Part shown: one piece after another, positions 26,830 to 36,600 of the stretch
How the letters are laid out: each line of letters begins with the position of its first letter
Position numbering within the stretch: position 1 is the stretch's first letter
Virus record (IMG/VR): IMGVR_UViG_3300042876_000250
Span: 417 to 64,416 of that record
Strand: one strand, 5' to 3'
DNA: 64,000 bases
Source of the DNA: a virus
Lineage: Duplodnaviria > Caudoviricetes
Notes under the pieces: model-generated
The model's input: only the letters and a program-made list of their open reading frames with translations
Databases searched by the model: none
Told to the model about the DNA's origin: nothing
Translations under genes and position numbers: made by a program

Positions 26830-27240
26830 GTGCCGCTGTACCACGTCCAACCACGAGAACTGCCCCAGGTGTGGGCAACCGCTGCGCCGCTGCTTCAAAA
26901 AGCAATCGACCTTGAGCCTGAACTCATCACCATTGAGCAGGTCGAATACGCGATCCGCACGGGCACAACGCATCTGCTGGTTTGGGTTGAGGACGAGGAA
27001 AAGGGCATCACTGGGGCCGCCACGGTCGAGTTCATCGACTATCCCCGGGAGCGAGTGGCGCATGTGAACTTGATGGGTGGAAGCGGCATTGTGCGCAAGC
27101 ACGTGTTTGCCGACGCCATGAACTGGATGCGGCTGTTCGGTGCCACCAAAGCGCAATGCTGGGCCCGGGGGTCGCTGGTACAGATGTACGAGAAGATGGG
27201 CATGACGAACACCCATCAAGTCATGAGGATTGAGCTATGA
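26830..27240 (+). CDS. GNAT-like protein in the ejection module
   Basis: Position and size resemble the acetyltransferase-like internal virion protein of podoviruses. Confidence 0.55.
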   Translation: MPLYHVQPRELPQVWATAAPLLQKAIDLEPELITIEQVEYAIRTGTTHLLVWVEDEEKGITGAATVEFIDYPRERVAHVNLMGGSGIVRKHVFADAMNWMRLFGATKAQCWARGSLVQMYEKMGMTNTHQVMRIEL

Positions 27241-28535
27241 ACATCCTTCACGAAAAGCGCAAGCTGACGCCGTACGGCAATCCTCAGATGGGTGGCGGTG
27301 GCGGTGGTGGTCAGCCCGAGCGTACGACGCAGGTTCAAGACCTTCCGAGCTGGGCCAAACCGTACGCGCAGGAGACCCTGGCCAAAGGCCAAGCGCTCAC
27401 GGACATCAACCAGAACCCGTACCAGCAGTACGGCGGCGAGCGCATTGCGGGCTTCAACCCCCTGCAAAATCAGGCGTTCCAAAACGCGGCCAACATGCAG
27501 GTGTCCCCGCAAACCGGGCAGGCCACCAACATGGTCACGGATATTGCCAACCGCGCAGCAGGCATGGGTGCTGGGTACGCTCCCGCACGCGCCCAGTTCT
27601 TGGGCGTCAACGCCCCTCAGTTGCAGCAGTATCAGATGGGCCCTGTGGAGCGGGTCAGCGCCGACACCTTCGGCCGCACCCAGGCGGCGGACTACATGTC
27701 GCCGTTCATTGAGCAAGCGCTTGAGCCGCAGCTTCGCGCCGCCTCCCGTGCGTCTGAACAGCAGCGCCAGCAAAGTCAGGATCGTGCGATTGCTGCCGGG
27801 GCTTTTGGTGGTGGCCGCCACGCGGTCATGGAAGCGGCCCGTCGCCGCAACCTGAATGAGCTGCAAGGCGACATCCGGGCCCGTGGCATGCAGAGCGCCT
27901 ACGAGCAGGCGGCCAACCAGTTCAACCAAGACGCCGCACGGCGTATGCAAGCCGGTCTCGCAAATCAGCAGGCGGGTTTGAACGTCGGCCAGCAGAACCT
28001 TGCCGCACAGCTTGGAGTTCAGCAGCTTGGTGCACAGACCGGCTTGCAGGCGCAGACGGCCAATCAGCAGGCGTTTCAGCAGGCCCGGCAGCTTGCGGAG
28101 CAATCGCGCCAGTTCGGTGGGAACCTGGGACTGCAAGGTTTGCAGACGGCGCTGCAAGGCACCGGCCAGCTTGGCCAACTCGGCCAGCAGCAGTTCACGC
28201 AGGGCATGGACATCAACCGCCTCCAGCAGCAGGTTGGCGGGCAACAGCAACAGCAACAGCAGCAGCTCCTGTCGCAGCAGTACCAAGACTTCCTCAACCA
28301 GCAGCGCTACCCGTACCAGCAGCTTGAGTTCATGTCGAACCTGCTGCGCGGCACGCCCATGGGCACCGTCAGCTCGCTGTACTCACCCGCCGCAAGTCCG
28401 CTGGCTCAGTTGGCTGGCGCTGGCACCGCGCTCTACGGCCTGGGTCAAATGACAAGAACGGGCAAAGAAGGTGGTCTGATGGAGTCCGAGGACAAGCCTG
28501 CGGGACTTGCCGAACTGGCCTACACCAAGATTTGA
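27237..28535 (+). CDS. Gln-rich putative ejection protein
   Basis: GGGG leader, PYQQYGGERIAGF, AGAFGGGR, YPYQQL. Confidence 0.7.
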   Translation: MNILHEKRKLTPYGNPQMGGGGGGGQPERTTQVQDLPSWAKPYAQETLAKGQALTDINQNPYQQYGGERIAGFNPLQNQAFQNAANMQVSPQTGQATNMVTDIANRAAGMGAGYAPARAQFLGVNAPQLQQYQMGPVERVSADTFGRTQAADYMSPFIEQALEPQLRAASRASEQQRQQSQDRAIAAGAFGGGRHAVMEAARRRNLNELQGDIRARGMQSAYEQAANQFNQDAARRMQAGLANQQAGLNVGQQNLAAQLGVQQLGAQTGLQAQTANQQAFQQARQLAEQSRQFGGNLGLQGLQTALQGTGQLGQLGQQQFTQGMDINRLQQQVGGQQQQQQQQLLSQQYQDFLNQQRYPYQQLEFMSNLLRGTPMGTVSSLYSPAASPLAQLAGAGTALYGLGQMTRTGKEGGLMESEDKPAGLAELAYTKI

Positions 28536-28542
28536 GGACGCC

Positions 28543-30663
28543 ATGATTAACGTCAACCAGATCACCTCCACGCTGGCCAAGCTGCCGGATCAGGCGTTGC
28601 AGCAGTATGCTGCAATGCACAAAAACGACCCGTACATCATGGCCCTGGCCGTGGCCGAGTCCAACCGCCGCAAAGAGATGCGCGGTGCCGCTCAAGCAGC
28701 GCAGGGCCAGATGGAGCAGCCCAAGGTGGCTGACCAAGCGATTGCCGCGATGGCTCCCGCTCCTGCCCCGCAGGCCCCCGCTCCGCAGGAAATGCTGCCC
28801 GAGGAGCAAGGCATCGGCCGACTGCCCGCAGGCGACATGAACTTTGCCGATGGCGGCATCGTGGCGTTTGCACGCGGCGGGGATATGCCCAAGCGCGACG
28901 AATTTGAGCAGGCGCTGGATTCGGAGGGTGTCACCGATCCACGGGAGCGGGCGTTCCTCAAAGCGCTGTATGCCCAAGAGTCGAGCAGCGGGAAGAACAC
29001 GAAGACTTCTAATCGTGGCGCTCGTGGGCCCATGCAGATTCTTCCCAGCACGTTCAAGGAAGTGGCCGACGAGGGCATGGACATCAACAACAAGATGGAC
29101 AACCTGCGCGCAGGCATCCGTTACGGCCGTCAAGGCTTTCGTGCAGCAGGGGGAGACCCGGTGCTAGGAGGCGCGTATTACTACGGCGGCCCTGGCGGCA
29201 TGGAGAAAGCGCGGGCTGGTGTTGCTGTTGCTGACCCGCAAAATCCGAAAGCGCCCAACACACTCCAGTACGGCGAGTCGATTGCATCGCGCATGACCAA
29301 GCTGCTGCCAATCGGCTCGGCGGTTGCGGCTGAACAGCGTTCTGCTGCTCCGGCAAAGTCTGCGGTTGACCTGATTCCCGGGCAGGATGGCCGCCCCGTT
29401 GCGCTTGACTCCAAAGCCGGGCCGCCTGTTACTGGCAACGAGATCGTCAAAGGCACCGCCAAAACTGCGGCGGCCCTGGGTTGGAACACTGCGGCTATGC
29501 CGCTTGCAGGACTTGCCACGCTGGGCAGGCGTATGTTTGGTGACAAAGATGCCAAGTTCGAGGACATCTACGGCGGCATGACGTACTCGCCTGATGATCG
29601 CGTGTCGCGTGAGCAGCTTGAAACAGTTGGGCGCGTTGCGCAGGACTTGAAGATTCCTCCGTACATTCCCGTCATTGGCGGCCTGCCCGGAACTCGCGGC
29701 ACCCCGTCGGCGGCAGACGCTGCGGCCATCGCCAAGACCCAGAACCTGCGCCTCGGCAACAACCCCACGCCAACTGGCGTGAGTGCTCGGCAAGCAGCCG
29801 TGTTGGAGAGAAGCCAAGCCGCCCGCACCGCAGCGCAGCAAGCCGCCATGCAGACCGACGAAGCTGCGGCGGCTGCGGCTCGCGGGCGTATTGCCGATTC
29901 GGCCATGGCCAACGCCGGGGCCCGTGCAGCAAACGAAGCGCTCCCCGGTGTAACCAACCGTGCAGGCTTGGCGGGCATCGCTGGGGCTGGCGTCAGCACC
30001 GCGCTGGACAACCCCGACCCCACCGGCATCGCGGCCGTCAATCCCGAAGACGGTTCCTACGACCGCCTGGAGCGCAATCGTCTGAAAGATCGCTCGTTCA
30101 ACACGGCTGAGTCGCTGCCCACCGAGGTCAAAAAGGACGTCGTGGACGCCGCCAAAGCGGTTACTCCCGAGAAAAAAGGACGCGGCCTGACCGGCGAAGA
30201 CTGGCTGATGCTGGGTCTGGGCATGATGCAGAGCAAGTCTCCGCGCTTCCTGTCGGCGCTGGGAGAAGCAGGTCTTGGTGCCATGAAAGCACGCCAAGAG
30301 CGCTTCAAAGAAGAACGGGAAGCCGCAGCCGACGAAGCGCGCAGCAAGTATCTTTCTGCCATGGGCGACTACTCGGCAGCGCAGGCGGAAGAATTGCGCG
30401 GGGGCGGTCGTAAAACGAATATGGCCATGGATATGGTCAACAAGTACTACGACAACTGGTTGCAGACGGAGAAGGCGAACCCGCTGAACGCCATGGGCAT
30501 CAACCCGCAAAAAGCCAACGCGGCGTACCAGCAGATTTTGCAAAATGTCTTCGGTGCGTATAACATTCCGGTACCTACAGGCATGGGCTCTGTGGGGGCG
30601 GGTGGCTCCGCACAACTTACTCCCTCCGATCTCGCACTGATTGGCAGGTACACCGCAAGGTAG
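28543..30663 (+). CDS. Internal virion protein with SLT lytic transglycosylase domain
   Basis: QESS (catalytic Glu), GARGPMQILPST, NLRAGIRY, YYGGPG. Confidence 0.8.
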   Translation: MINVNQITSTLAKLPDQALQQYAAMHKNDPYIMALAVAESNRRKEMRGAAQAAQGQMEQPKVADQAIAAMAPAPAPQAPAPQEMLPEEQGIGRLPAGDMNFADGGIVAFARGGDMPKRDEFEQALDSEGVTDPRERAFLKALYAQESSSGKNTKTSNRGARGPMQILPSTFKEVADEGMDINNKMDNLRAGIRYGRQGFRAAGGDPVLGGAYYYGGPGGMEKARAGVAVADPQNPKAPNTLQYGESIASRMTKLLPIGSAVAAEQRSAAPAKSAVDLIPGQDGRPVALDSKAGPPVTGNEIVKGTAKTAAALGWNTAAMPLAGLATLGRRMFGDKDAKFEDIYGGMTYSPDDRVSREQLETVGRVAQDLKIPPYIPVIGGLPGTRGTPSAADAAAIAKTQNLRLGNNPTPTGVSARQAAVLERSQAARTAAQQAAMQTDEAAAAAARGRIADSAMANAGARAANEALPGVTNRAGLAGIAGAGVSTALDNPDPTGIAAVNPEDGSYDRLERNRLKDRSFNTAESLPTEVKKDVVDAAKAVTPEKKGRGLTGEDWLMLGLGMMQSKSPRFLSALGEAGLGAMKARQERFKEEREAAADEARSKYLSAMGDYSAAQAEELRGGGRKTNMAMDMVNKYYDNWLQTEKANPLNAMGINPQKANAAYQQILQNVFGAYNIPVPTGMGSVGAGGSAQLTPSDLALIGRYTAR

Positions 30664-30667
30664 CAAA

Positions 30668-33600
30668 ATGGAACTCAGTCAAGTCCTTCAAGCACTCCGT
30701 AACGCAGACGCCGCAGGCGACAAGGAGGCAGCAAGAAGGCTGGCTGAGATTGCCAGGGAAATGGCGGGCGTTGAGCCCCCGGCACCGGAGAAGAAAAGCT
30801 CCGGTGTTCTGGCATCTGCGGCCAAGGGCATCGAGGCCCTCATTTCTTCTGGCCGTACAGCAGCAGGCGCGATCACCGGGGACGCCAACGAAGCTGCCCG
30901 CGCCGCACTTGAGCGCAGCGCCAGCATGGAGCGCCGCTATGCGGACGATGTAAGTCTTGAAAAGGTTAAGCAGGCTTACGAGCAGCGAGGTCTGCTGCCT
31001 GCGGCGGGCGAGGCCATCAGCCAGATTCCAAAAGCTCTGGCTGAACAGGCACCCAACATTGCGGCCACCCTTGGCAGCGCCCGTCTTGGCGCGATGGCAG
31101 GCGCTCCGTTCGGCCCTGTTGGTGCGATTGTTGGGGGTACCGCAGGCGCGGTTGCGCCCGGTTTGGCTCAGATGTTCGGCTCCAACGTTGAGCGCCAAGC
31201 TGCTGAACAGCAACGTGCCGGGCAGCCCATCAACGTCGATGTGGGCGCAGCAGGAGCTGCCGCAGTCCCGCAAGCCGCGCTTGACGCCGCCGCCACTTTC
31301 ATCCCCCTTGGCGGACGCATCGTCAGCAAAGTTACCGGCATCTCCCTGGAGTCACTTGGCACGCGCACTGCTGCTGAGACCGCCAAGCTGGCAGAAGAAC
31401 GGCTGTTGGCGGTGCTGGCCAAGGGCGGGGCAAAAGGTATTGCCGCCGAGGTGCCGACGGAAGTTGCCCAGCAAATGCTGGAGCGCGCGCAGGCAGGGCT
31501 GTCGCTGACATCGCCCGAAGCCCTTCAAGAGTACGGCGAGACCGCATATCAAGTGTCGCTGCTTGCACCGTTGGGCGCAGCCGGTCGTATCTCCGAACGT
31601 AGTGGCGCTCGCCAAGAAGTTGCCAAGCAGCAAGACGCAGAGCGCAAAGCCGCGCAGCAAGCACGCATTCAACAAGAGCGCGTTGCCAAAGAGCAGCAAG
31701 CCCAGGCAGCCGCAGCCGAAGAAGCGCGTCGGCAAACGCCCGGGTACGCGCTGGAAGTGCAAGCCAAATATCAAGCGCTTGAGGGTCGGGCCGCAGAGCT
31801 GCGTGGGCAACTCCGCGAAGTGAAGAAGGACTCTCCCACGGCTACGGCAGACGCGGAGTTCAACAAAGACATCAAGGCCCAGCTCAAACAGCTTGGCAAA
31901 GAGTTGAGTGAAACCGCGAAAGAATACAACCGCGTTCGGCCTGTCCTGACATCCATGACTGCGCAGCAAGCGCAGGCCCAGGCAGCGCAGCAAGCCGCTG
32001 CGGAGGAGTATCAGAAGCGGCAGCAACAAGCCTACGCTGACCAAGAGCAGCAGTACCAACTGCAAGCCATGCGGCAGCAGATGGAGCAAACGCCGGGCTA
32101 CCAGCAGCAGATTCCTGGCCTTGCCCCCATGGAGACCGAGGGCGCGCCGCAAACAACGACGCCGATGCCTGACACGGCGGCGCAGGCGCGGGAGTTTGCA
32201 GCCAAGCAGCAAGAGATGGCGCAGCTCTTGGAGAATGCCCAGGAGCAAGAGTCCGAAGCCGCAGGTCGCGGTGACATCGACTCGCTCAAAGCCCTGCGCC
32301 AGCGCAGGCAGATGCTCCAGAACGAGTACGAGTACGTCTCCAAACAACTCGCTGCACTGGGTGGTGTCCCGGCAAACGACGCCGAGAGTCTTCAAAACAA
32401 GATTGCTTCGCTGCAAGAAAAGCTCAAGGCGATGGCAGGGCCCGGCTACGACCCGGCCAAGGCTGACAAGATCATCGACCAGATCGACTCCTTGCAGAAG
32501 CAACTCAAAGAGCTGGGGCTTCCTGAGAGAGCAGGCGTGCAGCAGCGCCTTGACTACGGCCCGGCCAACCAGACGCAGAAGATTGCCACCTGGGAAGAAG
32601 CCGGACGCCAAGAGCTTGGCCGCCGCGACGAAGACCTCAAGCGCCAGACTGGCCAGCAGGACGGTTTTGACTTTGGTGAGTTTGACGAGCAGACCCGCGA
32701 ACTGGATAAGCAGCGCAGGGAAGGCTTTACTGCCGCAGAAATTGCGGCGATGGAACGCGCTCGGTTGGACACCTCGCGTACTGCACAAGGCACCCTGTTT
32801 GGTGAAGAGGCGAAAGAAGGGATCGAGACCGGGATCGGAAGCCAGAAGTCCCGTCAACAACTGGTCAACGATCTGCGTCTTGCCCGCGCTGCGCGCAACG
32901 CCCAGCCGGATCGCCGTGCCGGGGGCACCCAAGCCGTCAGCCAAGCACTGGAGGCACTGCGCGACTATGACGCCCGCGTTGCGGCTGAACAAGAGCGTGG
33001 CACCTCCAAGCTGGGAGAGATTGACGAAGACACCCAGAAGGCGCTGGCCGGAGCGGCCGTGCCCGAACGCGAGAAGGCGGTGCAGTCTGCGCGTGAACTG
33101 CGCGACGGTGCATATGCAGACATCGTTGACATGGTGTCCCGCTCCGACCGGGGCCGTTCGTTTACGAATCAGATTGCCGCTGCGCAGCAAAAGCTCGTGG
33201 ACTTCTCGATCAAGGAAGCCGAGTTCCGTCGCGGTGAGGCTCTGACCGCTGAAGAGAAGCAACAGCTAACCGCCAAGATTTACGAGACTGTCCGTGAGCT
33301 ACGTGGCCGCATGGGCGACACCCGCAACATCGTCAACGTTGGCACCAAAGATGAGCCGCGTTACGTTGACGCTGCATACACCACGGAGGGCGGTGCTGGC
33401 ACTGGCCCAACTGGCATGGGGCTGGCCAACATTGAGAGTCGCGCTCCTGGCCAGCGTACGTTTGCCAACACGTTTGCCGCAATCAAGTCGCTGCAAGAAG
33501 GTCTGGATCGCGCCATCAGTGGTTCGGCCAAACGTCGCACCGGATCGGTAGAGACCACCATCACCCCCGAGAAGACATCCGCGCAAATGCTGGCGCGGGA

Positions 33601-36600
33601 GTTGGAGAAGGCTTCGCGCAACCCAGATGTGCCTGCCGAAGCCCGGGATTTGATCGACCAGATCGCAGACAACGCCAAGCTGATCGCCACGCGGCAAGAG
33701 CTGCTGGATGACGCCACGCGATTCGTGTACCGTGCAAATAACGGGGACTTCGACGCACTCTTGGCCCGTGATGTGCGGGAGGGCATGGCAGGATTCGAGC
33801 AAGGCAAGCGCTCGGAGACTGAGGCTGAAACTGAGATGGCTCCGGCCGGGCGGGTGCAGCCTAAAGGTACGGCCGCGCCTGTCACCACCTACGCGCAGCG
33901 AGCCACGGGTGTTACGCGAATTGCCGAGCAGCGTGACATGTTCCCTGACGTGCAACTGCAAGGACTTGTGTTTGGTACGTCGCCGGAGTTTCAGCGGTTC
34001 ATGGGCAGCGACGCCCTGGACACGATGCGCCGCCTCAAGGGTATTCCTGGCGAGACCGCCGCTCGCACGCTCAACCGCCTCAAACCGCTGGAAGCGCAGA
34101 TCAACCGTTACGAGCAGCAGATGGCTGCGCTGCGGCAGCAGTACGAGAAGGCCAAAGCGCAAAGCGCTGAGGCAGCGGCGCTGGCTCCCGAAGCCCAAGA
34201 AGCCCTGCGTAAAGCCGTCGCCCTGCGCACGCAGATGGGCGTCAAGATCGAGCAAAGGCTCGCCGCTGTCGAGGCCGACTACATCCGCGCCAGCCTGAAG
34301 TACAACTTCACCAGCAGCGTCATTGACGATCTGACCTCCATGATCTCAAAGAACGTGGAGAAGTTCAGCAGCCCCTTGGACGGTCTGGCAAAGCGGTACT
34401 TGAAAGAGATTGCAGACGCTGAACAACCTGCGGCCAAATTGCGCGCCGAGGTGATGGACAGGATTCGTACGGCCATCATCATGATGCGTGACTCGCAGTA
34501 CACGCCTGAACAGTTTGTTGCGGCTGCACAAAAAGGCACGCGCCCCGCCACTGCGTACAAAGCGCTGGCAGGAATGCCCAAGCAAATGCAGTACACGCCG
34601 AAACAAATTGGCCACCTGCTTGGGTTGTCGGACGCTGCTGTAGACAAACTGAAAGCGTACGCGGAAGAGGCTGCGCTCAAGAAAGACATCTATGTGCAGC
34701 GCCAAGCTGCTTGGATGTCGGATGCCCGCGTTATTGCTGCGCTGGACGAGCACCTGAAGCTGACGATGCAGCTTCGGGAAGAAGAGCGGCAGATCAACAA
34801 GCTCGGCAAAGAGTTGATGAATGCGTCACTGGCTGTGCGAGAAGCGCGCAGCATGCTGGAAGACGACCCCCGGGTCAAAGCGCGTTACGCCCGCCAAGAA
34901 GAACTGGCCGCAAAAGCACTGGCCGATCTTGAGGCCGCACGGGAAATCCTGGGCGAGACCGATGCAACTGTTCGCGCTATCTCCGCGCAGATCAACGCAC
35001 TGGCCGACAAACAGGACAAACTCAAGCGCGTTGTCAGTGGCACCCAGAAACAGGTGGCTGCCAAGGCGGCCGAACGTGTTGTGCCCGAGGGCGTTACCGC
35101 CGAGACGCAAGGGGATCGTGAAGCCAAAGATGCCGAAGCCCGCAAGGCGGAGCAGGAAGCGCTTGAGCGCCGAGCCGACGACGTAAATCGCAAGCTGGTG
35201 TCGTTTGAGCCGAAGCGTCAGCAGGAACAAAAGCGCATCCGCAACGCGAAGGAAATTCTGGATTTGCAGGAGCAAGCTGCCACGGCTGCCGATCCGCAAG
35301 AACGTACCGCCGCGCAGAAGCAGCTTACGGCTTTCATGGACGAGTTGTACAAAACGTCTATGGGCGCGGCCAAGAAGCTGCAAGGTAGCATCAATGCGCA
35401 GGCAAAGCTGATTAAGCAAATTCAGAAAAGCGATGCCGCACTGGAAGACCCCAAGCTGGGCAAGAAAGCGCGTGCAGAAGAGCAGGCCAACAACGCCGCG
35501 CTGCGTGAAAAACTGAAAGCGCTGAGTGCCAAGATCAACAAGCAGCTTGGTTCTGTGCAGGAAGACATTCCGACCCGCGCCGACATCAAAGCCGAGCGCG
35601 AGGAGCAGTATCAGCGCGAGACCGCTGAAAAGTTGCAGTCGCTTGAAGAAGAGGGCAAGACCGAACGCCTGCCCGCCCGGCAAGTAGGCCCTGTTGTGAA
35701 GAAGACGGTGCAGGCTGGCACCGTGCGTACCGGCGAGCTTTCAACTACCGAAGAACGCAAAGTCGGCATGCGCAACACGCCGACGCAAGCTGGTGCCCCG
35801 CGCAGCTTGACTGGTAAACAAGCGCAGGTTGCCGCTGCCAAAGATGTTGAAGTTGAGCAGTTGCTGCTGCGCGAATCCAACCTGTCCGATTTGAAGGAAC
35901 GTGTTGAGGCTGCACTGGAGAAAGCGCAGGAGTCTGGCAACGAGGCGCAAATTGCAGGACGCCAAGACCAGCTTTCCCGCGTGGAAAAAGAACTTGCCAA
36001 GACCCAGCGCAAGCTGGAGAGCCTGGGCAAAACGCCAAAGCCACGCAAGCAAAAGACTATTGCCGCCGTCGAAGACCTCTACAACGAGCTTGGCGACGCC
36101 AAATTCCAGCTTGCAGCAACGGCCACGCAAGGCCCCAAGGTTGCCGTGGAGCCGGAGTCGAACGCCGCCAATGTGATGGACGAGATCACGGCCACCAGTA
36201 CCAACCCGCTTAACCGCGCTGTGGCTGAGCGGCTGCGCACGCTGCTGGGCAACACCAAGATCAAACTGGTGCGGGACTTGCGCGACGACAAAGGCAACCC
36301 GGTATACGGCAGCGCCAAGGTGGACGGCTCCGAGATTTCTCTGGACTTGCAGTACGGCACCAATGAACAGACAGTGCTGCACGAGGGTGTGCACGCGGCG
36401 ATTGAGCGCGCTTTGCGCCTGCCCGAAGACAAGCTCACCGACGACCAGCGCGCGGCCAAGCGCGAACTGGAGGAGTTGTTCAAGGCGTACAAGGCTGACA
36501 AGACAGCGCCCAACGCAAACGCCAAGCAAGACATCAGCGAGTTTGTCGCCGAGGCGCTGTCAGACGCCGAACTGCAAAGCTACTTGGCGTCCAAGAAGTG

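Noticed and set aside
30750-33245. +1-frame ORFs inside the giant protein gene (30957-31508, 32121-33245)
   Set aside because: No clear SD, Arg/Ser/Pro-rich shadow composition, and no sharp GC3 boundary matching their ends.
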